A stretch of DNA of 55,045 nt, filler included, from Stramenopiles sp. TOSAG23-2 (lineage: Eukaryota): NCBI GenBank assembly GCA_900128395.1. It is 3 parts of 3 records of this genome, joined end to end, with 100 filler letters (N's around TTAATTAATTAA, not from the genome) between each part and the next. Parts side by side here need not be neighbours in the genome. Positions count along the whole stretch, not along the records: positions 36,784 to 55,045 come from LT649612.1; 2 more parts are not named here. One strand, given 5' to 3'. Of the stretch, positions 44,901-55,045 are shown one piece after another; the stretch's first letter is position 1, and the number at the start of each line of letters is the position of its first letter. A model generated the notes under the pieces. The model ran no database searches. It worked only from the letters and a program-made list of their open reading frames with translations, and had not been told where the DNA came from. The position numbers and the translations under genes are program-made.

Positions 44901-47900
44901 GGTCTTTCAGCTTTCACCACACGAGCTAGTAATTGATCTTCTAATCCATTTTTCGTTACGGTAAAATTAATAATAGTTACTTTAATACATATTTCTGGAA
45001 CATAATGTGGATTCGCCATTTTCGTTGTCATGTAAAATCTGAACGAATCTGTATATTCAACATCGGAATCACCTAAGCGTATCAATCTCCTTGTACCTTG
45101 CATATATGTATTTTTAGATAAGACGTTTTCGATAGACGGGTCAATAAACTCGCTGATGTCTTCAATTAAAACAGGAGTGCCATTGCGTATATTATTTTCA
45201 AACACTCTTAATAAATTTGCATTATTCATTTTTGTTACCTCTAAACGATTTGCTTTTTCAGTCTTTTTGATCCAACGATTTGCCTGCCCTTGTGGATCAA
45301 TCATTAAAGGCCAGGTCAAACCTCTTGTGCACATAATAGCATTATCTGTGGATACCCAATCAGCTGGCAAGGAATCTATTTGCCATTGTCTGATTTGAAC
45401 CGGTTTACCAATGGTGTTTCTTAACGTACAATCGTCGCTTCCTGGTATGGATGTCGCTAAAAGTGAGCTTCGCCAGTTGTCCATTAATTTATTCCTGAAA
45501 ACACCGGTGAATGGCCCATAGTAACTCACACAAGCAGCCGATAAAAAAACGTTACCAATTAATTTTTTCTCTTCAATTTTCATGATTTCTACCCCTTCTT
45601 TCCATCGAATATACTCGTCAGCAAGTCCAACTGTTAACTTTTCAGCACGACCAAGTCTTGCTTTCGTTTTTTCTGATTCGTCTTCTAATCTTTGTTTCTC
45701 TTGTACTGTCTCGTCGCACAGTTGCTTCAAGTTTGCTACTTTGTCCAAAACCGCCTGCAATTCATCTTGTTTTATTTTCAATGCATCATTAGCTTCTTTT
45801 AAAATGGCGTTCATTTCTTTTACCTTCTCCCGTTTCGGGCCCACCTCTTTTGCTACTTCATCATACACCACCATCGCACAAGCCCACATACATAAAGAAG
45901 TAGCTGCTTTAGAGACTTTCTTTACAACTTCCACGTCCATTTCAGGCAAATCTAAATATTGTGCTTTCAATCGCCGTATAATTCTAGGTTCTATGTTATC
46001 TTTATCATACTTTTGCAATTGCGTCATGAAGGTACTATCCGTCATTACCTTTTTAGCAGTATCCCAATCTGGTTTCCTACCCAGCAAGATGCAAACGGCT
46101 TCCAATACAGTTTTTACTGCTTTTGGTGGATTTGCAAATGACTTCATTTCCGTAATATCTTTTTTATCTAGTGCTTTTAATGAATTGACAGCAGCTTTCA
46201 ATGCTGGCAATGCCCTATCCAAATCTTTTTGCGCATCCGCTTGTATTGCAGCAGTTTCGTCTGCTTGTTTTTTCACAACTGCTTCATCTGCCCTGACACG
46301 TACAGCAATTTTTTCTGCGTCAATTTGCTCTATTGCTGTTTGTTTTATCAATGCTTCAGCATCAATGGCTTTTTGTACCAAAACTGGTTGTAATTCTGTC
46401 AAGGTGATTTGCATTTCATTAACCATTTCATTTGTTTCTTCTAATTTCTTGACTCCAATTTCCAACCTTCGCCTATTTGTACTTTCTTCCTCTTGTCTCT
46501 CATTAAGCAATAATAAATACAAATCAATGCAATTTAAGTAGCTTTTCGGTGTACTGTAAACGACGCGTCGAAAACGACGGAAAAATTCTTGAGCCATTTC
46601 GTGTATACTGGAATGAACTAAAACATACATTTTTACAAGATCCGCTTTCGCTTCCTCTGTTTCTAGTTCTAAATCTTTTAAAAAATGTTCTGCTACAGCT
46701 TTGAGAGCGCTCTTAGGCCAAGCGTTAAACCAATCAATTGTAGTACAATTGATTAATGATGGAAAGTTTCGTAGACGGCTGCGAAAAGCATCTCCAACTG
46801 GCGAAAATGATAAAACTATATGTAAATTATCACGTACACGAAGATTGAACTCTTGCAAGCAATTAGCTCTAGTACCAATTTTACCAAGACGTTTCATGAC
46901 TGGGCGCATTTCATCTACAATTTTGTCCTTCTCATCGCTCTCCCATAAATTTGGTATGTCTCCAGAATTTAAAATATTATTAATGTCTTCGACAAAGCTT
47001 TCTTCCACAATTTGAGAATCTGGGAAAATCCAAGTTACCGGCTTTCCCTCTACACCAGCAATGACCATTTGCTCTTTAATATTTTCATGGAAATCTGGTG
47101 TGCCATAACCATTCTTCAATTCGATTTGGAAAAATTCATAATCACTAATGAAAGCACATAATTTAGTAAGACTTTGTTTACCACTTCCAGCAATCCCAAT
47201 TAATAAAGCATTGCCACGAGGTTGTCTTAGAATTCTACTAATACGCGTGACATGATCAACTGCATCGGCAAAGAAAACCAAATTCATTTTTTTTGAATTT
47301 GATACGTTATAATCTTCCAAGTAACTTGTTAAAATATTGCCTGCCAGCTTCATGTTACCTTCAAACTCTGCATACAGTTCCTCTCCAGGCTTGAAAAAGT
47401 CCCCAAATATAATCGGACGACCCGTAACGAATAGCTCTTCGTAAGTCATGTCACTTTTAAACACACGTTTGATTTTGTCTGTCACTGCAGTGTTAAATGT
47501 CACTTTATCTTCCTCAGATATTAATCTATCGTGGAATACACGTTGAATTTCATGTATCCATAACCTAGTCATTGTTGTCTGCGATTTGCAGTTTTCTGGT
47601 GCAATTTGCAAAATACCTTGAAAGACCTTTGATACGTCTCTTAAATTGAACGTATAATGGGCTTTTTGTGGCGTTGGAAGCATCACTTCTTGTATTTCAT
47701 AAAAGATATCAATCGTTGCTTGAACGATTGGCTTTTTCAATTTTTTACAATCGCGATTGAATGGACTTAAAAATCCTTCTAGGATACTGCCAAAAATGAC
47801 TTGCATTGCATCTTCATTCGCTGGTGGCAAACACAAAATATTGAAATGGCGTACGAAACGTGGTGTTAAATCATTTCTTCCTCCACCAGGTGGACCACCA

Positions 47901-50900
47901 GCGACGAAAAGCACAGTATCGATGACATCTCTCCAATATTGCTTCTCCCTATCGAAAAAACCGCTAGAATCAGCAAATTGTCGCAGTAGCTCAACGGGTG
48001 GTTGGGCTCCATACTCCTCAACCGTTGGCATATTTACATCATCTACAAATACTACTACTAATTTGTTGACTGGCGCCCCAAGCGTAGTTCTGCTTTTTTT
48101 CTCTAACACTACCTCAATCATGCTTTGTGTAACTGCAGCATTTGTTTGAGCGGAAAATCCAATTATATTTGGTAAAACACCTAGACCTCCATCGTCTTTT
48201 GATGGCTTTAACGATGTTAATACTTGCTGTACAGTAACACTTTTTCCAGTTCCAGTTACACCTGTAAAAAATGTAGGTTTACGTACTTTCAACAGTTTCT
48301 CCATTAAAAATGAACTTTGGACAGTTGTTACAGTTGGTACTAACATTTGAAAGTACGGCAATTTGGTATCGTATTCAAATTTTGGAACAATTGTGTGCCA
48401 TTGTTGAAACTCGTGAGATTTATTTTTGTTTACAAATGAATCATACAACGTGCCTCTACGTGGCAAATCAGCTTTAATTATGTTTGAGTCGTCAAACAAT
48501 TCTTGCATGAAATCATCAAAATCGTCTCGAAATTGATCAGCAATTGCTCCACCAATGGACCATGTATAACTGAAAATAAAAACACGTTCCATAATACTTT
48601 GTAACTGATCTGAATCATCCTTAGCGTCAAAATTAATGCCTTCTCCAGATGAAAAACATGCTTGAAAAATATAACATAAGCTGACAACTAAATTTAAATC
48701 GGTTGATTCAATTGGCTCTTTGCAATTTGTGCGAACGTATTTCAAACCCTTGTCGATTGTATCTGTAAAGCACTCTTTCAAATGTGTTTTCAAGTCATCC
48801 GTCAGTTGATTTTCAGCTTCACCATCATCGGCTTTAGACATTTTTCCCCCATACAATCGTTCAATCCAAGAATCTACATATGGTTCCCAACCCATATGTG
48901 CGGGCGTGACATACATTACACCTAAACGACTCACTGTGGCAGGAGATGCAACTTCTAGATCTTGTACTTCAAATATACACTTCATGGTACGCCTTAACTT
49001 GATACGTTCACCATTTGCGAGACATAATGTCATATTGTCATCCAGCACAGTATTCATATTTTCAATCCACAAAGCATCGATTGGTCCATCAAATATTGTC
49101 CATTTACGTTCTGAAGATGTATCAGCTGCATAATTTCTTAAAATGGTAGATGCTAAACCATCACACCATTCCTGAGACATTGCATTAAATTCTCCATATA
49201 GCTCTCCCATCGTTACAGATTTTGGATTTAATACTGACAATGTAACCTCGTCATAAGCATCGCCACGATGTCCATTTAATGCTAATGCAGTCATAGCTTT
49301 TGACAATATTTGATAGCAAGTGGTTTTTCCACCTCCAGTTGGACCAACCATACTTACACCAAATCTTACATTTTGAGTTTCAAATAATTGTATGACTTTC
49401 TTTAAAAAACCTTCACTTTCTTGGTAGCCATTTTCTCTTATGACTTGTCGGATGGCCTCTTCTAATTCGCCATAACTATCGTAAGGTACTTTCACGCCAG
49501 GGAATAGATCTTTTAAAATAGCATGGAACAATGGTAAATCTTCGTCCAAGAATTTTGGAACGTTACTGTCACGCATGGCTTTAATTAAAACAACATCTTC
49601 AGATAAATCTGGATTTCCTCGTTTTAATGAACCAGCCATGACCAAAACCGATCGCACCGCACGTAGACCGTAATCATAATGGCGTTGCTGCGATAATTGT
49701 TCGCTACTTAATTTATACATTTTCGTCATTTTGCGCGATAAGATAGTTGCAGAATCAAATCCTTCAGCGAACAGCATGATTTCTGCAATCAATGCATAAT
49801 CTGGAACCATCATTGCTACTGGGCGAAACATGACTTTTAAATTATCTGGAAGTTCTGTACGACCTGCATATCCAGGGTTCATTGTAATGATAACATGGTG
49901 AGAGCGAATTGGTATATCGTATCCGTCGAACATGGCACGTTCGTTGCCGGACAAACGTGCTTGACGTAGCACAAGCATTTGCTGTGCAATAACTGATAAA
50001 ACTTCGATATCGATACGGTTAAACTCGTCTAAACACGTCCATGCGCCAGCAGATGACAATCCTTTAAATAATTGGCTCATCATCTTAATATCAATTTGGT
50101 CACTACAGTTAAAAACAATACATTGTATTGCCATTGCTTTTGCTAAATCTTTACTACTTTCTGTTTTGCCAGTTCCGGCTGGTCCAGCAGGGCTGGCGCC
50201 TAATTTTAAGTGTAGGGCACCGGAAATCGTCATCCAACATCGATCAGTTAATGGCGTAATTACTAAGCAGCCAGTTGCACCTTCGTATTCATACCCATAA
50301 TCAAAGACTGCATTACTTTGTCGAACAGTTAGCAATTCATCTTCAGCGTCCCAATTGTATCGCAATTGTTTCTGCCACAAGAAACTTGCTGGAGAATCAC
50401 ATTCACTTGTTATCAATTCACGCACAATATCTCTTGCGTGTACATTAATTGTTGCCAACACAACAATAACTTTACGCTGTAATTTTGTTAATTTTTTTCT
50501 GATCAAAAATGTCAAATCAAGTAGCCATTGCAAGTTGCTTTCTAGCCAATCATCCATAATTATTTTATCTCCACCGTTTTCGAGGTCTCTTAAAACCTTT
50601 TCTGTTTGATTGCACCACATAACTTTATCCATGGTGTTGACAACTTGGGCGGGGTGTGAAAAAACCCACTCCATACGTTCGCGTTCAAAATAATCGATTG
50701 CGCCATCTTTCATACAGCCTCGTAAAGCTACGCGCATTCGATCCTCTACACTTGTTAACCATTCTTCCACGGTACCTCTTGCTTTCAAATTTTTTCCCAA
50801 CGGAACTTCTTCCCCTTCGCCTGAAAACATTTTGCGTATGTCTAAAATACCTGAGCCTTTAAATTCTAATCTTACTAGATTATCAAAGCATTTTCGTAAA

Positions 50901-53900
50901 TAAGGCTGAACTGCTCTTGGATCTTTCGTTTGGGCTAAAATTTCTAATAATTCATCATTGGATAAGAAATAAAATCGAGGGAATGATGCACGTTTTGTCT
51001 CTAAATACTCTTCTAATTTCTTTTGTATTTCATCCAAAGTAGCATTATGCTTTGCAAATAATTCTTTTCTACCTTTATGCGTTCCGGTTGTTATGCAATT
51101 TGGATTTGTGTTTACAACTCGCATGATACCTTTCCAACTTTTATCTACTTTTTCGAATTTGCCTGTCTCCGCTGGCAATTGCCTTTGGATATCAGGTGCT
51201 GCGAAAATATTTTCCAAGTACATCCAATTGCGCTGGCAAACAAGCCATTCTTCTAACGTTTCCTGTAATAAAACCAATTTTTTTTGATAATCTTCAACTC
51301 GCTCTCGGATGGCTGCAACGTATCTGGAACCCATAATAGTACCCAATGTTACTAACGAGTCATCCATTTTTTGCATTACTTCTGCAACAGCACCTAGAAC
51401 GAAAATGCCTTTTTGATCTTTATAGACTAATACTTCGAACTCTTCACGACGCCACATTTGGGTTACATTTACCAGCATTTCTTCTAAAATAGCTTCATTG
51501 ATGGCTTCAAGAGCAATTTCATTGATTTTGTCGGCATGATCCATGATACGTTTCTCAATTAATAGACCACATGTAAATCCTTCGACTCCATCAATTTCGT
51601 AACCAATTAATTCATGTATTTTTGCCCAATGCCTTGGCCTTAAATCTTTGGTCCGTAAGTCATTTACAACTGGCATTGTTAATTTAAAATCCTCAACACG
51701 AGCTCGTAATAATTGTGGGACATTACTATCTGGTAATTTCTTTGCTGATGAAACGGCAACTTTGAAATACGTTTGTACCTCTTTTTCGATGACAAATGGG
51801 TCTACCTTTTCAAATGGTTCATTGAGCCAACCAACTGTTTTCCCCGTCCAAGTGAACAATGCATCCCACAATTTTTTTTTTAATTTCAAATCTGTAATTA
51901 ATCGTGGCAAATTATCATATTCTGTTGGCATATATGCTAATGCATCTTGTTGCTTCGTATACGTTTCCGTATCACGAATAATCTGTTGCACCAATTCATG
52001 TTTCTGATTAAGCATTTTTACAGTTTCATTTAAATTTGACTTGGAATCACTGAACCGTTTGTCTTGTAGCTCTTCATAAACAGACTGTATCAACTCTTTT
52101 GCTTTTGCAATACTATCTTTCAGTTCTTGTCCAAAATATTGCATGTGATTAGACATCTTATCCTCTAACTTTGTTATGGAAACGCTCAGCGAACTTTTCA
52201 ATTGGTACATCATGAAATTTTTCGATGATAGCTCCTCGCTAATCTCTATTTCCTGATCTTCCATCATTTTGAAAAATTTCATAACATGCATGCATTCATC
52301 CTCTAAATCATACATTCTATCATTTGTTTCCTCTAGATATTCGCGTAATTCGACAAAGTGTTGAACATTTAATGGGGAAGCACTGATGGTATTATTACGC
52401 TCTTCTAATTCATCTAGACATTTTTGGTTCTTTGTGTCTGCAAGGTTCAAAAATAATTCATACATTAATTTATTCAAACAATCAGTTGGCGATGGCCTTA
52501 ATTTCTCAAACAGCATATTTCCATTTATTTTTATCAAATCTATCATAACTATTCTTTCGATACCTTCTTCAAAAAATTGTTCTTGCCTTCGATATTTTTC
52601 TAAAATATCCAATAGCTGCTCTATGGTGTGATTTTTATGGGTACTAACAATCATGTTTTCCATGGCACTTAAATTTAATAGGTAATCTTTTACAAATGGG
52701 TCATACACTTTTGCCGCCGCTTTTGCCTTTAAAAACATTTGCGTCGTCCGTTTGTTGATATCAGTAATAGCTACTCTAAATGTTGGGTCATTCATCATTA
52801 TTGTTTCTACATCTGCTGTAGATCCTATTTGTCCATGCTCATCAATAAATGGCTGAGCATACACTATAAATTCTTCTTCCGTTAATAAACGCGTGGGCAT
52901 CGTAGCAACTCGTAATGAATCGAACAAATATACATCTAACGTGCCTCTAAAATCATCTGATAAAGGTGAAAACGCCAATTGGGAGTTTTTCAATAATATA
53001 TTTACCTCAAACATGACAGTCTTTTCATCTCTTAAACGATTTAAATACGACTGTGTAGATTCCACCCCTAATCGTACATGTATACCCATTACTATGTAAT
53101 CAACCATTTGTATAAAGCGCATTAACCTTCGGCATTGTGTGCGCATTGCTGCTCTCTCAGTAAATGTTATTGCATCTTCAAACTCAGAATCATTATCTTC
53201 ATCATCTGAATAATCCCTATTATTATTATTATTATTATCTTCATTATTTCCTTGGGGAAAGCCATTGTATTCTAAAAAATCATTTAATGATTTTTTACAA
53301 ACTTTTGCCATTAAATCATATACATTTTGTCCAAAATTTTTTAATCCCCCTTCCACGATTTTACGTTGTTTATCTTGTGCATCTTGAAAACTATTTAATG
53401 TGTATGTGTCATCAACTAGATCTATGTTTATCAAATTTGTACGTAATAATTGGGATCCATATTTTGTTGTTTCTAATAATGGATTTGCAAATTCATCTGA
53501 TAATATAAACAATGTTTTCTTTAAACGCCTTTTAGCACTCTGTATTTTCGAATTTCGAACATTTTTCTTCCAAAATGTGAAATTTTTCCATTTTCGATAT
53601 CGACGAAAGAAACGAATTTTCAATATTTTATGAAACCCTGCATGTTCCCGTTCAAATTGTTCTATGGTGGTAAAATCAGTTTGTTTACCATAATTGTATG
53701 TTATTCCAGACTTACTTATTGTAAAAAATTCAATCGAAGAAGATTTTCCACCACTCAATAAGTTTGAATTAATAACTCTTAAATCATAACGATTGTCTGT
53801 TCCTTCCTTTTTTTGTAAATATTGGACACCACCGGACAACAATTGTTCTACATTAAATTTTGTATCTATATATAATTTTGCTAAAAGGCTTGACTTTTCA

Positions 53901-54505
53901 GGGTACAACAATCTTTGCCTTAATACTTTTTCGTCTTTTGAAGCTTTTTTGAAACGCTCTAATTCAATTATAGTTTTTGTTTTCTTTGTTACATGTTGGC
54001 AAATATCAAATGTTACGATGTTGTTGTTGCTACCACTATCATTTTTTCCCTCTTCAACGACCGTTAGTAACTCTTTGGTATTACCAATTTTTTCGCGTTT
54101 ACTTTGTAACCGCGATGGTTTTTTTGCATTTGGTGGTTGTGGCTTCAGCGTATTCATTTGATCCACATCCATCATATTGTGAAAACGTGGCCGTGTTGAC
54201 ATGATTTTAGGTACGAGTTGTCGTTGTGGTGCACTTTGCCGTTGATGGATTCTTTTTCGAGAAGCACTTCCAGGTCTGCGTTGTTTATTACTAAAAGGTC
54301 TTTTTCTACTTGTTGGTAAATTGTACCTTTGTGCAGGTTTATTTTTTGTAGAGTATAATACTCGTGATAAAAGTTTATCTGTATTATCATTTGCGGGAAA
54401 TTTGTTCAAAGATTTTTGTCCCGTCTCATTTTTAGATTCTTTTTCAGTAGCTGGCAATCTTATTTCATTTATTTTTTTCGCCTTGTTATTATTATTATTA
54501 TCCAT
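41972..54505 (-). CDS. DNAH6: Axonemal inner-arm dynein heavy chain, DNAH6-like
   Basis: 4177-aa intronless ORF; P-loops GPAGTGKT, GPTGGGKT, GVTGTGKS, GIAGSGKQ; LDEFNRIDIEVLSV; stalk coiled coil; C-terminal CPVYKT..RAGALSTTG.STNYV. Confidence 0.93.
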   Translation of the reverse strand: MDNNNNNKAKKINEIRLPATEKESKNETGQKSLNKFPANDNTDKLLSRVLYSTKNKPAQRYNLPTSRKRPFSNKQRRPGSASRKRIHQRQSAPQRQLVPKIMSTRPRFHNMMDVDQMNTLKPQPPNAKKPSRLQSKREKIGNTKELLTVVEEGKNDSGSNNNIVTFDICQHVTKKTKTIIELERFKKASKDEKVLRQRLLYPEKSSLLAKLYIDTKFNVEQLLSGGVQYLQKKEGTDNRYDLRVINSNLLSGGKSSSIEFFTISKSGITYNYGKQTDFTTIEQFEREHAGFHKILKIRFFRRYRKWKNFTFWKKNVRNSKIQSAKRRLKKTLFILSDEFANPLLETTKYGSQLLRTNLINIDLVDDTYTLNSFQDAQDKQRKIVEGGLKNFGQNVYDLMAKVCKKSLNDFLEYNGFPQGNNEDNNNNNNRDYSDDEDNDSEFEDAITFTERAAMRTQCRRLMRFIQMVDYIVMGIHVRLGVESTQSYLNRLRDEKTVMFEVNILLKNSQLAFSPLSDDFRGTLDVYLFDSLRVATMPTRLLTEEEFIVYAQPFIDEHGQIGSTADVETIMMNDPTFRVAITDINKRTTQMFLKAKAAAKVYDPFVKDYLLNLSAMENMIVSTHKNHTIEQLLDILEKYRRQEQFFEEGIERIVMIDLIKINGNMLFEKLRPSPTDCLNKLMYELFLNLADTKNQKCLDELEERNNTISASPLNVQHFVELREYLEETNDRMYDLEDECMHVMKFFKMMEDQEIEISEELSSKNFMMYQLKSSLSVSITKLEDKMSNHMQYFGQELKDSIAKAKELIQSVYEELQDKRFSDSKSNLNETVKMLNQKHELVQQIIRDTETYTKQQDALAYMPTEYDNLPRLITDLKLKKKLWDALFTWTGKTVGWLNEPFEKVDPFVIEKEVQTYFKVAVSSAKKLPDSNVPQLLRARVEDFKLTMPVVNDLRTKDLRPRHWAKIHELIGYEIDGVEGFTCGLLIEKRIMDHADKINEIALEAINEAILEEMLVNVTQMWRREEFEVLVYKDQKGIFVLGAVAEVMQKMDDSLVTLGTIMGSRYVAAIRERVEDYQKKLVLLQETLEEWLVCQRNWMYLENIFAAPDIQRQLPAETGKFEKVDKSWKGIMRVVNTNPNCITTGTHKGRKELFAKHNATLDEIQKKLEEYLETKRASFPRFYFLSNDELLEILAQTKDPRAVQPYLRKCFDNLVRLEFKGSGILDIRKMFSGEGEEVPLGKNLKARGTVEEWLTSVEDRMRVALRGCMKDGAIDYFERERMEWVFSHPAQVVNTMDKVMWCNQTEKVLRDLENGGDKIIMDDWLESNLQWLLDLTFLIRKKLTKLQRKVIVVLATINVHARDIVRELITSECDSPASFLWQKQLRYNWDAEDELLTVRQSNAVFDYGYEYEGATGCLVITPLTDRCWMTISGALHLKLGASPAGPAGTGKTESSKDLAKAMAIQCIVFNCSDQIDIKMMSQLFKGLSSAGAWTCLDEFNRIDIEVLSVIAQQMLVLRQARLSGNERAMFDGYDIPIRSHHVIITMNPGYAGRTELPDNLKVMFRPVAMMVPDYALIAEIMLFAEGFDSATILSRKMTKMYKLSSEQLSQQRHYDYGLRAVRSVLVMAGSLKRGNPDLSEDVVLIKAMRDSNVPKFLDEDLPLFHAILKDLFPGVKVPYDSYGELEEAIRQVIRENGYQESEGFLKKVIQLFETQNVRFGVSMVGPTGGGKTTCYQILSKAMTALALNGHRGDAYDEVTLSVLNPKSVTMGELYGEFNAMSQEWCDGLASTILRNYAADTSSERKWTIFDGPIDALWIENMNTVLDDNMTLCLANGERIKLRRTMKCIFEVQDLEVASPATVSRLGVMYVTPAHMGWEPYVDSWIERLYGGKMSKADDGEAENQLTDDLKTHLKECFTDTIDKGLKYVRTNCKEPIESTDLNLVVSLCYIFQACFSSGEGINFDAKDDSDQLQSIMERVFIFSYTWSIGGAIADQFRDDFDDFMQELFDDSNIIKADLPRRGTLYDSFVNKNKSHEFQQWHTIVPKFEYDTKLPYFQMLVPTVTTVQSSFLMEKLLKVRKPTFFTGVTGTGKSVTVQQVLTSLKPSKDDGGLGVLPNIIGFSAQTNAAVTQSMIEVVLEKKSRTTLGAPVNKLVVVFVDDVNMPTVEEYGAQPPVELLRQFADSSGFFDREKQYWRDVIDTVLFVAGGPPGGGRNDLTPRFVRHFNILCLPPANEDAMQVIFGSILEGFLSPFNRDCKKLKKPIVQATIDIFYEIQEVMLPTPQKAHYTFNLRDVSKVFQGILQIAPENCKSQTTMTRLWIHEIQRVFHDRLISEEDKVTFNTAVTDKIKRVFKSDMTYEELFVTGRPIIFGDFFKPGEELYAEFEGNMKLAGNILTSYLEDYNVSNSKKMNLVFFADAVDHVTRISRILRQPRGNALLIGIAGSGKQSLTKLCAFISDYEFFQIELKNGYGTPDFHENIKEQMVIAGVEGKPVTWIFPDSQIVEESFVEDINNILNSGDIPNLWESDEKDKIVDEMRPVMKRLGKIGTRANCLQEFNLRVRDNLHIVLSFSPVGDAFRSRLRNFPSLINCTTIDWFNAWPKSALKAVAEHFLKDLELETEEAKADLVKMYVLVHSSIHEMAQEFFRRFRRVVYSTPKSYLNCIDLYLLLLNERQEEESTNRRRLEIGVKKLEETNEMVNEMQITLTELQPVLVQKAIDAEALIKQTAIEQIDAEKIAVRVRADEAVVKKQADETAAIQADAQKDLDRALPALKAAVNSLKALDKKDITEMKSFANPPKAVKTVLEAVCILLGRKPDWDTAKKVMTDSTFMTQLQKYDKDNIEPRIIRRLKAQYLDLPEMDVEVVKKVSKAATSLCMWACAMVVYDEVAKEVGPKREKVKEMNAILKEANDALKIKQDELQAVLDKVANLKQLCDETVQEKQRLEDESEKTKARLGRAEKLTVGLADEYIRWKEGVEIMKIEEKKLIGNVFLSAACVSYYGPFTGVFRNKLMDNWRSSLLATSIPGSDDCTLRNTIGKPVQIRQWQIDSLPADWVSTDNAIMCTRGLTWPLMIDPQGQANRWIKKTEKANRLEVTKMNNANLLRVFENNIRNGTPVLIEDISEFIDPSIENVLSKNTYMQGTRRLIRLGDSDVEYTDSFRFYMTTKMANPHYVPEICIKVTIINFTVTKNGLEDQLLARVVKAERPDVEQKKDNLVISMADDKQQLKDIESKILKLLAESDGNILDNIELINVLASSKTTSNIIKERVAESEKTEIEITELRNKYKPMSVRGSIIYFVIADFSVVDPMYQYSLDYYCRLFDNCLDEAEENDDLQIRLFNLIEYLTDYVYKNICRGLFEKHKNTFAFVTCVQILREKGDLTDQEWNILLRGPSPIIITDAEEDEKDKKAGGKDKNKSGGNKKKENPDPVLLSETQWDNVLGLEIDLPYAFEGFSDAFTQDIDKWKEWIQGKEPHRADLPGKWSLPPKVIKAVAADDESDEAELEEDEEDTGTYGLTAFQKLLVIRCLKEEKLVFAATDFVSSKLGESFAVAPTVSMLDVYNDTNKITPCIFVLVSGADPTELLLQLAKSKDYGERLQVISLGQGQGPRAEAMIKDARETGDWVLLQNCHLAKSWMTRLERQVFDLIDEAQDINDDFRLFLTSFPASYFPVSVLQNSIKMTNEPPQGLRANIKRSFGLMIPEETWEEFEKVDEKRRWKKILFGVTFFHAMTQERRKFGPLGWNIRYEFNDSDLQTSIEVLRNFLLDAAETTENLVPWDSLTYVTGDINYGGRVTDDWDRRCLMEILSKYYTPSILEESYTLSESGIYKAPSGDASYEECLEYVSSLPLKDDPEIFGMHENANVASQMQQTTEMVNVILMMQPRASSGGGAGGKTPDEKVQEIAASLEDDIPDELDMRNAGKTTFKIDSEGLMDSLATVLSQEMKKFNRLLRLAKKTVKELQKAIKGLVVMSADLEGMYDDLLYNNIPRLWKQLNYDSLKPLASYTIDLKIRIEFMRTWLKKGRPNAFPLYLFFFPQGFLTGVLQVHARRHSVAISSLDFSFSVVNVGPKAVDITQLRAPRNGVFIYGLWMEGARFDQEQMVLNESHPGEMFSEMPMIHFLPTKDHIPAKENYLCPVYKTTVRAGALSTTGISTNYVVAIELATNEKPNHWVFEGVACILNMND

Positions 54506-55045
54506 TTTGTTATATTGTATTTATTTATCTTCGTTAAACTGGTATTGCTATCTCGTTGAATGATATACGACAGTATGTATTACGTCACAAGTTGTATGCA
54601 ATAGATATTGTAATGTATTTGCTTACTGTTATAATAAAAATTCTTATGTTAAGTCGTTACTATTTGTTAATTTCTTCAATAGGTTTGTAATATATATATG
54701 TGGTTTATATACAATATAAATATATATTTAATAAATGTATATTTTATTGTTATGTTTTAATATAATTTATATTTATTTTTTCTTATAATAATATATTATT
54801 ATTATTAATAGTAACCTTTGTTGTTTTTGGTGTGAAAATAACTGCTTTAACGCTGCCTTTTTTTCTTGAAAAACAATGTCCTTGAAAAATGGCAGTTAGC
54901 AGTTAGTCTCTACGCTTAAAGGTGTGTACTGTATAATGCTGTGGATGGAGTATCTTTTAATAGACTACATTACAGCCTTACGTACTATAATATACTCTAC
55001 GTCGTTAAAAGGTGTAGATTTTGAAGAAAGAAGGTGTAGAACCAG

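Noticed and set aside
45582-46541. 319-aa antisense ORF and other shadow ORFs within dynein and other genes
   Set aside because: Opposite-strand mirrors of real coding sequence with no recognisable motifs

Overview
AT-rich, almost intron-less eukaryotic DNA from a flagellated protist (axonemal dynein, CEP41, MORN1-like; possibly a stramenopile, which is inference). The window is three separate ~18.3 kb contigs (1-18293, 18394-36683, 36784-55045) joined by artificial N44-TTAATTAATTAA-N44 linkers, so linkage across linkers is meaningless. Contig 1 has housekeeping and metabolic genes: ketopantoate reductase, nucleotide-sugar transporter, Tim17 family, a PTP-like pseudoenzyme, a PTS1-tagged esterase, a PTS1-tagged thiolase-like gene, Mpv17, MORN and TLC proteins. 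Contig 2 has a ~2850-aa multi-domain membrane protein split by two exact tandem duplications, a virus-type N6-adenine DNA methyltransferase, a secreted patatin-LEG1 fusion, a repeat-rich region with a 31-bp minisatellite, CEP41 and a truncated ankyrin gene. Contig 3 has a complete 4065-bp TA-flanked IS630-Tc1-mariner-like transposon and a DNAH6-like dynein heavy chain. The transposon's 1096-aa transposase carries a PHD-like finger inside a greatly expanded (about DD376E) catalytic domain. Top leads are this transposon, the patatin-LEG1 fusion, the viral-type methyltransferase, and an oriented upstream motif amplified into the minisatellite. All family calls come from motif recognition, without database searches.
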